Below are positions 1-10,835 of a stretch of DNA of 64,000 nucleotides, piece by piece. The notes beneath the pieces were generated by a model, which ran no database searches, was not told the origin of the DNA, and saw only the letters and a program-made list of their open reading frames with translations. The stretch is from Octopus vulgaris. Lineage: Eukaryota. The stretch spans positions 14,322,001-14,386,000 of the forward strand of contig OX597839.1 in NCBI GenBank assembly GCA_951406725.2, written 5' to 3'. The translations under genes were made by a program, and so were the position numbers. The stretch's first letter is position 1; every line of letters begins with the position of its first letter.

Positions 1-102
1 GAAGGAAGCGACCCAAGATAGAACTGACTGCAGGACACTGATCCAACGAGTGACCGAGAGTCGACTTCGACTGAGCGGATAGAGAGAGAGATGCGATTAC
101 AT

Positions 103-105
<3 letters not shown>

Positions 106-158
<53 letters not shown>
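106..158. repeat. (TG)n microsatellite
   Basis: Pure TG run; one of many (TA)n/(TG)n/(TATG)n/(TAA)n tracts in the window. Confidence 0.95.
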
Positions 159-160
<2 letters not shown>

Positions 161-368
161 CCAAAGAAGATTTGATCAATATGTAGGCCAAGTCAAATTA
201 ACCTTCCCTCTATGAAAAATACATCCTATATTTAGAGATGGACTCAGTGCGGCAGTCTAGAGGAAAGACCATTCAATCTTTTACAGTGCAGCTGCTACTG
301 CTAATTATTTTTTTAGGTTTCGTGTGTGCACATGCATTATCAGGCCACTGTTACCAATAAGTATTACA

Positions 369-683
369 GTGGAGGTACATGGCTTAGTGGTTAGAGCAGC
401 GGACTCGCCGTCGAGGGATCGCGGGTTCGAATCTCAGACCGGGCGATGTGTGTGTTTATGAGCAAAAACACCTAAGCTCCACGCGGCTCCGGCAGAAGGT
501 AATGGCGAACTTCTGCTGACTCTTTCGCCACAACTTTCTCTCACTCTTTCCTCCTGCATCTTGCAGCTCACCTGCGATGGACCGGCGTCCCGTCCAGGTG
601 GGAAACCTATATGCCAAGGTAACCGGGAAACCGGTCCTTATGAGCCAGGCATGGCTCGAGAAGGAACAAACAAAACAACAACA
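369..683 (+). mobile_element. tRNA-derived SINE, full length, with target-site duplication
   Basis: A-box TGGCTTAGTGG, B-box GGTTCGAATC, (CAA)-rich tail; 13-bp TSD AATAAGTATTACA at 356-368 and 684-696; sister copy at 42150-42452. Confidence 0.85.
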
Positions 684-752
684 AATAAGTATTACACTTA
701 AGTCATAAAGAAAGGGATGCTGGATTATTTTAGTGTTAGAGTATGGGGTTAA

Positions 753-895
753 GGTGGCGGCGCAATGGCCCTGTGGTTAGGGCAACGGACTCGCGGTTGA
801 AGGATCGCGGTTTCGATTCCCACACCGGGCGTTGTGAGTGTTTATTGAGGCTCCGGCAGGGAATGGTGGCGAACTCTGCTGTACTCTTTCACCAT
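753..895 (+). mobile_element. Truncated tRNA-derived SINE, same family
   Basis: TGGCCCTGTGGTTAG...GGTTTCGATTCCC head and GGCTCCGGCAG body shared with 369-683. Confidence 0.7.
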
Positions 896-992
896 GACAC
901 ACAGAAAGACATTTTGCCGTTTATATATATAGAGGTGTAGGTCTAATCGACTTTCATTGATTATTTCCTGTTGTTCTCTTATTATTGATTTA

Positions 993-1046
<54 letters not shown>

Positions 1047-1257
1047 ATTTCTGGGTTTCAAGAGAATTAGGTACTTTAATAATGAAAGTACCAAGGTCAG
1101 TTCAGCGATAGAGCTGTCATGTGCAAACAACATATAAAGACAAATACGTACTCACGAAAGTAAACACGAATTTGTTCTGTTACGCATACATTCACAAATT
1201 GCTGACCGAATTACACAGTGAGTCATCAAGGTCACACATGGATACACTCTCTGACCG

Positions 1258-1455
1258 AATTTGGATCGGCGTTCTCTAGTTATAATTATTAATTTTTTTA
1301 CCTGTATTCACCTGCTAAAAACGTTTTCTGTTTTTTTTTTCTTCCATGATGTTCATCAAAAGGCAGAAGAAAAAAAGAAAACAAAAAAACCTGAAAGAGT
1401 TGCAGTGAATCACAAATCCATTTGTTGTTATTGTATGTTTAGATATGTAGTATGT

Positions 1456-1487
<32 letters not shown>

Positions 1488-1647
1488 ACACACATACACA
1501 CACACATACATATACTTGCACACACATGCACACACACATACAATTATATATACATATATATACATATATATGTATATATATGTATATATAATTGTATGTG
1601 TGTGTGCATGTGTGTGCAAGTATATGTATGTGTGTGTGTATGTGTGT

Positions 1648-1679
<32 letters not shown>

Positions 1680-1879
1680 ACATACTACATATCTAAACAT
1701 ACAATAACAACAAATGGATTTGTGATTCACTGCAACTCTTTCAGGTTTTTTTTGTTTTCTTTTTTTTCTTCTGCCTTTTGATGAACATCATGGAAGAAAA
1801 AAAAAACAGAAAACGTTTTTAGCAGGTGAATACAGGTAAAAAAATTAATAATTATAACTAGAGAACGCCGATCCAAATT
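1258..1879. repeat. ~620-bp near-perfect palindrome centred on a (CA/TA) microsatellite
   Basis: AATTTGGATCGGCGTTCTCTAG... mirrored by ...CTAGAGAACGCCGATCCAAATT; mirror-image ORFs on both strands; centre ~1568. Confidence 0.95.
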
Positions 1880-1884
1880 ATATA

Positions 1885-2255
1885 CTAGCAGTATCGCCCG
1901 GTGTTGCTCGGGTTTGTAAGGGAAATAACTATAAAGCATTTTTAGAGAGTTATAGCCAAAAAATGGGAAAAAAATGATGGTAAATTTTTTTTTAGTTAAA
2001 AAGGTCGAGTTGCGTCCCCTAGACAGTCTGTGGTTTGTGTTTCTGATTCTCGACCCCATGTCGAATTTATCGATTTTTTTCAGAACTGGGGGAACTTTTC
2101 AAAATTTTCGCTGCGTTAGTTTTGAATTATGACATTGGGCTATGTGTGTGTCAAGTTTCATCAGAATCGGTTGAAAGCCGTGGTCAGGGTGAGGGTACAA
2201 CCAAACAGACACACAGAAACACACACAGACAAACTGCCGTTTATATATAGAGAGA
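1885..2255 (-). mobile_element. Non-autonomous Helitron
   Basis: Minus strand reads A|TC... at 2255 and ...CCCGAGCAACACCGGG hairpin + CTAG|T at 1885; inserted at AT with no TSD. Confidence 0.8.
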
Positions 2256-2300
<45 letters not shown>

Positions 2301-2655
2301 TTGTATTGTTCATCAACTTACAGATATTATAATGTTGGATTATTTATTCATTTTACAAATTAGAACATCAAAAGCATACAAAAATATTATATAAATCAAT
2401 AGATAAGATAATAATACAAATACAGATTTTAAAAGTCGTAGTATAAATTAATGAAACCATTTTCTTATTTATATTATACATTTACGGTAAAAATATTTCT
2501 TTACCTTCACCCGTTTAAATGATTTAATTGCATTGCAATTAAAAACATTTATGTATTAAGAATTTGGGTGCTTTACCAACAGTATATTGGATAAATGATA
2601 TCCCATAGTGGGTTACACCCATAACCCCTATCTTACTTTGTACTATACATACATA

Positions 2656-2730
<75 letters not shown>

Positions 2731-2756
2731 GCAGCGTGGAAGGTGTTTATAAGCCA

Positions 2757-4059
2757 CTAGCAGTATCGCCCGGCGTTGCTCGGGTTTGTAAGGGAAATAA
2801 CTATATAAGCATTTTTAGAGAGTTATAGCCAAAAAAAAGCAAAAAAAGCATTAAAAATGGAAAAAATATGATGGTAAATTTTTTTTTAAATCGTTGACTC
2901 ATCGTAGACATTTTTAGAGAGTTAATTCCCTTATATAATAGCGAAAAAATGTATTAAAATGGAAAAAAAAAACGATGGTAAATTTATTTTTTAATCGTAG
3001 ACTCATGTAGACGCTTTCTTAGCCATTTCTGTTTTGGTGTCTTCAAGCCATGAAGTCGTTGTTCTAAAAGAACACTGGTCTCCTTGACAACGCATTACGA
3101 CGTTGATTTCCTTACACTCCCTTCCCCACAGGTGCAGGTGTGAGCGTGGACGCCAACTCCGCCGCCATCGACACGAAAAATTATGCATTAAAATGGAATA
3201 AAAAATGATGTTAAATTATTTTTAAAATCGTAGACTCATCGTAGACGCGCGCTAATATTCAGACGGGCTCGATATGAATCACGACTATAAGCTACCCGAA
3301 TTTGGTTAAACTGCACCGCAAAATGTGGGAGTAGTTAGGAATCTAAATCGAAGGGGACAGACACTCACACAACTACAGTTTTATATATATAGATATACAT
3401 AGCGCAGTAGTGGTGAGATGTGACAGCAAAGAAAAGCATACATTCACTCTCTGCATGCAATTAGACTCGGAAAGTTCGTGAGGAACCCATTGACCCAATT
3501 TGCTGACTTTTCCGATAGCACACAGGTCTCAATGAATGGTTGAATGACCAAATCCAAGCTTCTCTGCTAGTTCCTCAACAGTTACGATGAGATTTTGTTC
3601 CACCAGGGTTTTCAGAATGTCCTTGTCGAGTTCTACAGATCTTTCAGGATGAGGCTCGTCTTCTAGGCTGTAGTTTATGGCTCGGGATTTCTGGAACCAC
3701 CATTGACACTGCCTTACGCTTATTGTCCAATCCCCATATACTGCATTAATATTTCTTGTACTTTGCACACATTTATATTCTGTTATTCTTTTATATGTTT
3801 CAGCCTTGAGGTTGTGGCCATGCTGGATCATGTGTGTGTGTGTGTCTATCTGTCTGTCTGTCTGTATGTATATATGTATATGTATGTGTGTGAACAATAA
3901 TATTTTCAACAGATGTGTTGCAAATGTATCTGATTGTTCTCAAGCTTCAATACTGTGTGTGTGTATGTGTGTGTGTATGTATGTATGTATGTATATGTAT
4001 GTATGTATGTATATGTATGTATGTATGTGTGTGTGTATGTATGTGTGTGTGTGTATGTA

Positions 4060-4094
<35 letters not shown>

Positions 4095-4595
4095 ATGTAT
4101 GTATGAGTGTATGTTTACTTTATTACTAACACAAGCCACTACGGTTATTTAATTGTAAAGTCTTCCTCAAATCACTCTCTCTCTCTCTCGCTAATTTACT
4201 CTCTTCCAAGAACATTTTCACTCACTCTTAGCTCTTAGCTTCCCATACATTTTACTCATGTATCTATCAGCGACATAGACAGAATACTTTCAGTTTAGTC
4301 TTCCTCAAATCACTCTGTCGCTATTTACTTTCATTTTATTCGTTGCCCACTGTGTGTGTGCGTTTGCGTGTGGTGTAAACCAGACTAAGAAAAGCATTTG
4401 ACACACACACCAGAATGTGAGTTTTCTGTAAATTTTGCTTAATTGGAGTTAAAATTTTAAAAACTGGACCTGGCATGACGCGATGCATTGTACTCTGAAA
4501 AATGCTAGGTAAATTGTAATTGAAGAAATCCTATATTGTAGATTTGTATAACTCCCAAAGGGAGGCAGATAAAATCTGCCTTTTATAATAAGAGA
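2757..4595 (-). mobile_element. Composite non-autonomous Helitron (3' CTAG at 2757; 5' TC ends at 3393 and 4595)
   Basis: Terminal hairpin CCCGAGCAACGCCGGG + CTAG|T. Removing 2757-4595 restores GCCA|TTTAAG, the exact mirror of CTTAAATGGC at 5656-5665. Confidence 0.8.
3529..3795 (-). pseudogene. Mariner (Mos1/SETMAR-like) transposase N-terminal HTH fragment
   Basis: INAVYGD..ISVRQCQWWFQK...SLEDEPHPERS...ELAEKLGFGHSTIH resembles the mariner DNA-binding region; related fragment at ~59030-59137. Confidence 0.75.
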
Positions 4596-4645
4596 TTTAA
4601 GAAACACACAAAAGCCGTTCGATTCACTTCAACATTTAAGTTTAA

Positions 4646-4695
4646 TTTGTCAAAATATTCTCGTCGCTAAAATCCGCGACCTGTTCACTGACAAA
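4646..4695 (-). ncRNA. Minimal type-I hammerhead motif (G3-C8 variant; GAAA changed to GAGA)
   Basis: Mirror of 5562-5611 with one core substitution. Confidence 0.5.
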
Positions 4696-5561
4696 GTCCG
4701 TGCTGCATCTGAGAAAGTAACAGTTAGTTCGTCATATATATGTACGTATGTATGTGTGTATGTATGCATACATGTGTGTATGTATGTACGTATGCATGTA
4801 CGTACATACGCCTGTGTATGCATGTATGTATGTATGTATGTATGTATGTATGTATGTATGTATGTATGTGTGTGTATATGCACGCACATACACTCTATAA
4901 ACATAAAGCTATAAACCTGTAGCGATGGATGGATGTAGAGTGACCACTCATCACAAAGCTATCAAATTTCAACTTCCTCCGGCCGAAGCTAGAAAGTGAT
5001 TTACGACGCTTACTCCCAAAACTATACCCTAAAATCTATTATCAGATCTTTATCTCTATATCACAGAACTAATGTTTTACTATTGTGCGTATGTATGTAT
5101 GTATGTACATACATACATACATACATACATACATACATACATACGCACATACATACATACATACATACGCACAATAGTAAAACATTAGTTCTGTGATATA
5201 GAGATAAAGATCTGATAATAGGTTTTAGGGTATAGTTTTGGGAGTAAGCGTCGTAAATCACTTTCTAGCTTCGGCCGGAGGAAGTTGAAATTTGATAGCT
5301 TTGTGATGAGTGGTCACTCTACATCCATCCATCGCTACAGGTTTATAGCTTTATGTTTATAGAGTGTATGTGCGTGCATATACACACACATACATATATA
5401 CATACATACATACATACATACATACATACATACATACATACACAGGCGTATGTACGTACATGCATACGTACATACATACACACATGTATGCATACATACA
5501 CACATACATACGTACATATATATGACGAACTAACTGTTACTTTCTCAGATGCAGCACGGAC

Positions 5562-5611
5562 TTTGTCAGTGAACAGGTCGCGGATTTTAGCGACGAAAAT
5601 ATTTTGACAAA
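5562..5611 (+). ncRNA. Minimal type-I hammerhead ribozyme motif, G3-C8 variant
   Basis: TTTGTCA-GTGAACA-G-GTCGC(GGATTTTA)GCGAC-GAAA-ATAT-TT-TGACAAA: 7-bp stem I, 5-bp stem II, palindromic stem III. Confidence 0.65.
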
Positions 5612-5939
5612 TTAAACTTAAATGTTGAAGTGAATCGAACGGCTTTTGTGTGTTTCTTAAATGGCTTATAAACACCTTCCACGCTGCAATTGTTTTCGTT
5701 TCAGCACACGATCTCAGATCAAATTACTTGCTATGCGAGTACATCTCCGTAATATATATATATATACACATGTCTGAATGTATATAAATCAGAGAAGAAC
5801 CACCATGTAGCAATTCAACAATGATATCACGATGATATAATTAAATCATACCATGTAGAATTAAGTAAAGTACAAACTAAAAAATAAATAGTATATAATT
5901 GGTAAAAAGACCACACACACACACATATATATATATATA

Positions 5940-6445
5940 TTCTTTTACTTGTTTCAATCATTTAACTACGGCCATGCTGGAGCACCGCCTTTTAGTTGAA
6001 GAAATCGACCCCAGGATTTGTCTTTGTAACCCTAGTATTTATTCTATCGGTTCTTTTGCCGAACCGTTAAGTTACGGAGACGTAAACACACCAACATCGG
6101 TTGTCAAGTGATGGTGTGGGGACAGACACACACATACACACACATAAACATATACGACATGCTTCTTTCAGTTTCCATCTGCCATATTCACTCACAAGGC
6201 TTTGGTCAGCCCGAGGCTGACACTTACCCAAGGTGCCATGCAGTCGGACTGAACCCAGAACCATGTGGTTGGGAAGCAAGCTTCTTATTTCTTTATTGCC
6301 CACAAGGGGCTAAACAGAGAGGGGACAAACAAGGACAGACAAATGGATTAAGTCGATTACATTGACCCCAGTGCGTAACTGGTACTTAATTTATCGACCC
6401 TGAAATGATGAATGCCAAAGTCGACCTCGGCAGAGTTTGAACTCA
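5940..6445 (-). mobile_element. Nested SINE fragments (CORE-like cephalopod SINE types)
   Basis: GGCCATGCTGGAGCACCGCC and ATCGACCC...AAAGTCGACCTCGGC...TTTGAACTC motifs recur at ~54115-54330, 56545-56700, 57060-57260 and 58030-58225. Confidence 0.65.
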
Positions 6446-6473
6446 CCTTCTTACTACACAACCACTCCTGTGC

Positions 6474-6530
<57 letters not shown>

Positions 6531-7112
6531 TGTGTGTGTACACTATTGATTTTCATGTAACACTAATCATTAAGCTACCTTATTTCTCTGTTTTGTAATC
6601 TGATACAAAGACAGGCTGTTTTTTTAATGATTCAGATGTGTTCCACGCATGACCACCCACACTGATATCTTATGATTATCGTCATTCAGTGTTGACGGCA
6701 GTTTCGAGAAAAACATTGCCAAACAAATTGTGTTTATCATCCGTAAGCCTTGGCAAGCGATTGCCTACAGAAACTGTGGGATGACGTCAGCAGCTGGACG
6801 TCAGCAACCGGGTGCGTTAACCGGAAGCTGGGGCAACCGGAAGGGGTCAGCCGTCAGGCGTGCGCAGGGAGCGGGGAATTGCGCCCTTTCCAACGTGGGT
6901 CGTGCAGGTGACAAGACGTGTGAGGACGTCGCTAAGGGTTTGGGCTAGCAGCTGCTATCGTTAGTGTTCGGGTCGGGGCTGTGTGGAAGGACTAGTCACC
7001 ACTGGAGGGTCTCCGTCACTAAGAAGAGAAGATAGGTACCTCTATATTCAAATCGCGCACGCACTTCAAGCTATTTCGGCCGTTCTTAAACATTTACATT
7101 TTTTTCAACACG

Positions 7113-7877
7113 ATGTCTGCAAAAATTAGGATCGCCAGTGACGTCGTCAGACCTTTTAATGGCGAAGGCGATGTAGTGGCCTGGATTCGCAAAATCAGGC
7201 TGGTGGCAAGACTGCAGGGCATAAGCGACGTGGCGAGTCTTATGGCGCTGTATTTAGAAGGGAGCGTGTTGACGCTCTACCTAGAGATGGATGAAGAGGA
7301 ACGGCTCAGCGAGGAGAATATAGAGCGACGCTTGCGTGATGCCTACACGGAATGCGAGTACACAGCTTTTGCTAAGCTAGGTGCAATCAGGTGGACGGGA
7401 GGCCAAGTGGATGACTTTGCATCAGAAGTTAGAAGGCTAGCGACTCTGGCCGGGTTTGCGGGAGAAGGGCTGGCGAGAGCAGCCCGGCTGGCGTTTGTCA
7501 ATGGTTTCCCCGACGATGTAGGGATTCACCTACAACGACTGCCCGGGATTAAAAAGATGCCGCTGAGCGAACTTGTGGCTCAGGTTCGCGTGTTGACGAG
7601 ACACTCTGGGCGGAAGGCGATAGCGATGGCGGTGACGGAGGCGCGTAAAGACGGACGACGTCCCGAGAAAGAGGTACAGAAGCTTACCGTGCAACGAGAG
7701 CGGCCGTTCTCAGGACGGTGTTTTAGATGCCAGGGACCACACATGGTGCGGGACTGCACGCAGCTGGGGCCCGTTTGCTATCGATGCAGGCAAACAGGGC
7801 ACATTGCCCGTGATTGCAACCAGGGAAACGACCGCGGGGAAGTTGCTGCCTCTCGAACTTTCCCCTCAAACGAGTAG
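7113..7877 (+). CDS. gag: Gag with two CCHC zinc knuckles
   Basis: CFRCQGPHMVRDC and CYRCRQTGHIARDC; 254 aa from an ATG. Confidence 0.9.
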   Translation: MSAKIRIASDVVRPFNGEGDVVAWIRKIRLVARLQGISDVASLMALYLEGSVLTLYLEMDEEERLSEENIERRLRDAYTECEYTAFAKLGAIRWTGGQVDDFASEVRRLATLAGFAGEGLARAARLAFVNGFPDDVGIHLQRLPGIKKMPLSELVAQVRVLTRHSGRKAIAMAVTEARKDGRRPEKEVQKLTVQRERPFSGRCFRCQGPHMVRDCTQLGPVCYRCRQTGHIARDCNQGNDRGEVAASRTFPSNE

Positions 7878-10027
7878 AGGCGCTATTGGAGACGCTGCCA
7901 TTGATTGACGTGGAGGCTGAGGGGGAGACGTTCAAGGCCCTTGTGGATACGGGCTGTACGACCACCCTGGTGACTTCGAGGGTGACGAAGGAATGGAACG
8001 AGGTGAGTAGTGTCCGGGCGGTCGACGGCAGCGAAATCCGTTGCAGAGGCAGCAGCAAAGTAGAGATAGTGGTGTGCGGCGCGACGCTAAGGCTGCAGGC
8101 AATTGTGGCCGAACGCGTGATAGATGGAGTTGATGTGGTGATGGGGATGGACGCCATCAACTGCCTCGGTGGCGTCAGTGTTGTGGGAAATGAGGTCACT
8201 TTCGGAAGCGTGGGGGCGTCGTGCACTGCGAGTCAGGATCGCCAGAGAGAGCAGAGCCCCGCGAGGGACTGCGCCGCTTACACCATCGAGGACAAAGACT
8301 TTCAGGCGGCGTTCGATGGTCAGCGGTGGACGATAGAGTGGCGATGGAAGGACGAGCCCCCGACGCTGGAGAACAGGGTGAGCTGTTACCAGCATACCCT
8401 GAAAGGCCACGCCAGGGTCGAGTTTGAAGACGAGGTGGAGAGGTGGATCGAGGAAGGGGTCCTTGTCCCTTGGAAGGAGGAGGTAGCGGGCGGAGTGCTA
8501 CCCCTGATGGCGGTGGTGCAGCCTACGAAGGGAAAAGTCAGACCGGTGCTGGACTTCAGGGAGCTAAACCAGCACATATCGTGTCACACGGGAGGTGAGG
8601 CGACAGACGTTTGTGGCGAGGCATTACGTAAGTGGAGACAGTCGACTGAGGCAGCGACGATTGTCGACTTGAGATCGGCATACTTGCAGCTCCATGTGAG
8701 CGACAAACTGTGGCGATATCAGCTGGTGCGGTACAAGGGCCGGACGTACTGTCTAACCAGGCTGGGTTTCGGGCTGAATTCCGCTCCGAAGATCATGGCG
8801 GCAGTGCTTAGGTCCGTCCTAGGGAAAGACGGCAAGATTAGACAGGCCACCAGCTCCTACATTGACGACATTTTGGTGGACGAAACTGTAGTGCCAGCCG
8901 ACGAGGTAGTTAGACATCTGGAGAAGTTCGGACTGATTGCTAAGCCACCGGAGTCGATTGAAGGGGGAGCCGCGCTGGGGCTGAAACTGCGAAGAGATGG
9001 ATCAGGTGAATTGATGTTCCGGAGAGGAAATGAAATCCCAGAGCTGAGTTCCAGCGTCAGCAGGAGAGAGCTGTTCTCGGTGTGTGGGAAGTTGGTCGGT
9101 CACTACCCGATCGCTGGATGGCTGTGCACAGCGTGTAGTTACACCAAGAGACGAGCAGAAGGAGAGAGGTGGGGCGACAAGGTGGGAGAAGGGACGGTGG
9201 CGATGATGCAGGAAATCCTAGAGAGGACAAGAGCGGAAGACCCGGTCAGGGGGAACTGGTACGTGCCCAAGACGAAATGCGGGACCGTCTGGTGTGATGC
9301 TAGCAGTATAGCGATAGGGGTGGTGTTGGCAATCGAAGGCACTGCGGTGGAGGACGCGGCCTGGCTTCGGAAAGCAGATGATTTCAACCACATCAATGTC
9401 GCCGAATTAGACGCGCTGCTGAAAGGGGTGAACTTGGCCTTGAAATGGGGGCTGCGCACGATTGAAATCCGGACGGATTCGGCCACTGTGCTTGGCTGGG
9501 TAGGATCGGTGACCACCGGTGACAGGAGAGTGCGGACGAAAGGTGCTGCGGAGATGTTAGTGAAGCGCCGTCTAGGAGTTCTAGGTGAATTGATCGCCGA
9601 GTTCGGACTGAAGCTGAACGTGGTTTTCGTGCCTTCGGAGAAAAACAGGGCGGACGTACTGACCAGGGTGAAAAGAGCGTGGTTGGAAGAACCGAAGGAG
9701 GCCAGGAAAGGGATAGCTGCGGCGTGTCGGTTGGATGACTCTGAACTGAAGAAACTGCATGCTATGCATCACCTGGGTGTGGACAGGACCCTGTATCTGT
9801 CGAAAAAAATTGATGCTGACGTCACTAGGAGAAGCGTCCGGAAGGTGGTCGGGAGCTGCGACAGGTATCAGTCCATCGACCCTGCTCCGTGTGGGCATGA
9901 ACAGGGAAACCTTTCCGTGGAGCAGAACTGGAAAAGGCTAGCTGTGGATGTGACACACTACCGTCAGCGAATGTATCTCTCCATGGTCGACTGCGGGCCG
10001 GGCCGGCTGGCCATTTGGAGGAGTTGA
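7814..10027 (+). CDS. pol: Pol: aspartic protease, reverse transcriptase, RNase H, integrase N-terminus
   Basis: LVDTG; DLRSAYLQ, RLGFGLNSAP, YIDD; WCDAS/AELDA/RTDS; HAMHHLG..SCDRYQ zinc finger; VDVTH. Confidence 0.9.
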   Translation: MQPGKRPRGSCCLSNFPLKRVEALLETLPLIDVEAEGETFKALVDTGCTTTLVTSRVTKEWNEVSSVRAVDGSEIRCRGSSKVEIVVCGATLRLQAIVAERVIDGVDVVMGMDAINCLGGVSVVGNEVTFGSVGASCTASQDRQREQSPARDCAAYTIEDKDFQAAFDGQRWTIEWRWKDEPPTLENRVSCYQHTLKGHARVEFEDEVERWIEEGVLVPWKEEVAGGVLPLMAVVQPTKGKVRPVLDFRELNQHISCHTGGEATDVCGEALRKWRQSTEAATIVDLRSAYLQLHVSDKLWRYQLVRYKGRTYCLTRLGFGLNSAPKIMAAVLRSVLGKDGKIRQATSSYIDDILVDETVVPADEVVRHLEKFGLIAKPPESIEGGAALGLKLRRDGSGELMFRRGNEIPELSSSVSRRELFSVCGKLVGHYPIAGWLCTACSYTKRRAEGERWGDKVGEGTVAMMQEILERTRAEDPVRGNWYVPKTKCGTVWCDASSIAIGVVLAIEGTAVEDAAWLRKADDFNHINVAELDALLKGVNLALKWGLRTIEIRTDSATVLGWVGSVTTGDRRVRTKGAAEMLVKRRLGVLGELIAEFGLKLNVVFVPSEKNRADVLTRVKRAWLEEPKEARKGIAAACRLDDSELKKLHAMHHLGVDRTLYLSKKIDADVTRRSVRKVVGSCDRYQSIDPAPCGHEQGNLSVEQNWKRLAVDVTHYRQRMYLSMVDCGPGRLAIWRS
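7823..7881 (+). promoter_or_regulatory. -1 programmed ribosomal frameshift signal (slippery site plus pseudoknot)
   Basis: G GGA AAC in gag frame at 7823-7829; 6-nt spacer; stem GGGGAAGTT/AACTTTCCCC; loop GCCTCT can pair with AGAGGC at 7876-7881; pol lies in the -1 frame. Confidence 0.8.
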
Positions 10028-10692
10028 GATCGGGCATTGCTGACGAGATCGCGCAGATCCTGAACGGGATATTTTTAGAGAGAGGTCCCGTGGAAGAACT
10101 ACTGATGAACAACGGGGCGGCGTTTCGTTCGGAAGCATTGAGGGTTATGCTTGATCGGTGGAATGTGCGACGCTTGTTCAGAGCAGTGTATAGGCCGAGC
10201 GGTAACGGGATCGAGGAGAGACACCATCGGACAGTCAAGGCCATAGCGGAAAGAGGGCACATTTCGCCGCTTGAAGCAGTTTTTTGGTACAACTTGTCTC
10301 CCCGATCCGGACAGGCTGAGGAATCTGTGCCGCAGAGAGCTGTGTTCAAATATGAATGGAGGCACCCGAGCAAAGCGCCGGAGGGTCACGAGGAAGAGAA
10401 GGGACCCGTTCGCGTGAAAATAGGGGAGGAAGTCTGGGTCAAGCCACCAAAGGCGCGCTGTACGTCTCAATGGAGCAGAGGAACGGTGACGGCGATCAAT
10501 TCCAGAAGCAACGTATCCGTAGATGGAACACCACAACACGTCTTGGACCTTCGCAGGATTGTTGCTTCGACGGATGATGATTCTGGAGAGGGGGAGAACG
10601 AGGAGCCCAGCTTGAAAAGATCTCGACGAGCAAGGCGCTCTCCCGGTTGGATGGTGGACTACAACATGGAGCGGAGAGATTGTGATCTTTAA
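10015..10692 (+). pseudogene. Integrase core and C-terminus, separated from pol by a frameshift near 10020
   Basis: LLMNNGAAF (DNG expected), YRPSGNGIEERHHRTVK, GEEVWVK. Confidence 0.85.
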
Positions 10693-10835
10693 GATCAGGG
10701 TGGCGTGTGGGATGACGTCAGCAGCTGGACGTCAGCAGCCGGGTGCGTTGACCGGAAGCTGGGGCAAGGGGAAGGGGTCAGCCGTCAGGCGTGCGCAGGG
10801 AGCGGGGAATTGCGGAATACCTACTGTCTGGCTAC

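Larger units (their letters stand above)
4596..5691. repeat. ~1.1-kb near-perfect palindrome with a hammerhead motif in each arm (Penelope-like inverted pseudo-LTR)
   Basis: Arms mirror about ~5128 with only a few transitions; the outermost 30 bp of the left arm lie at 2727-2756, displaced by the Helitron. Confidence 0.9.
6775..10814 (+). mobile_element. Ty3/Gypsy-type LTR retrotransposon, near intact, 3' LTR truncated
   Basis: 109-bp direct repeat starting TG at 6775-6883 and 10706-10814 (4 differences); purine-rich tract 10691-10705; order gag-PR-RT-RH-IN. Confidence 0.9.

Noticed and set aside
369-445. tRNA gene
   Set aside because: The tRNA-like head continues into a SINE body, tail and TSD, so it is a SINE.
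1771-1825. Possible hammerhead (TTGATGA...GAAAACGTTT) in the first palindrome
   Set aside because: Stem II does not form and stem I is mismatched next to the core; at most a decayed remnant.
4596-5661. ADAR-type signature between the arms of this palindrome
   Set aside because: Only about four transitions noted, split evenly in polarity, so there is no directional signal.
1261-5675. Many ORFs rich in YI/HT/CV/MYV repeats, here and elsewhere
   Set aside because: They are translations of microsatellites and palindrome arms, not proteins.
7723-10539. Antisense and alternative-frame ORFs over the LTR element
   Set aside because: Expected shadow ORFs in GC-rich coding DNA; no recognisable motifs.
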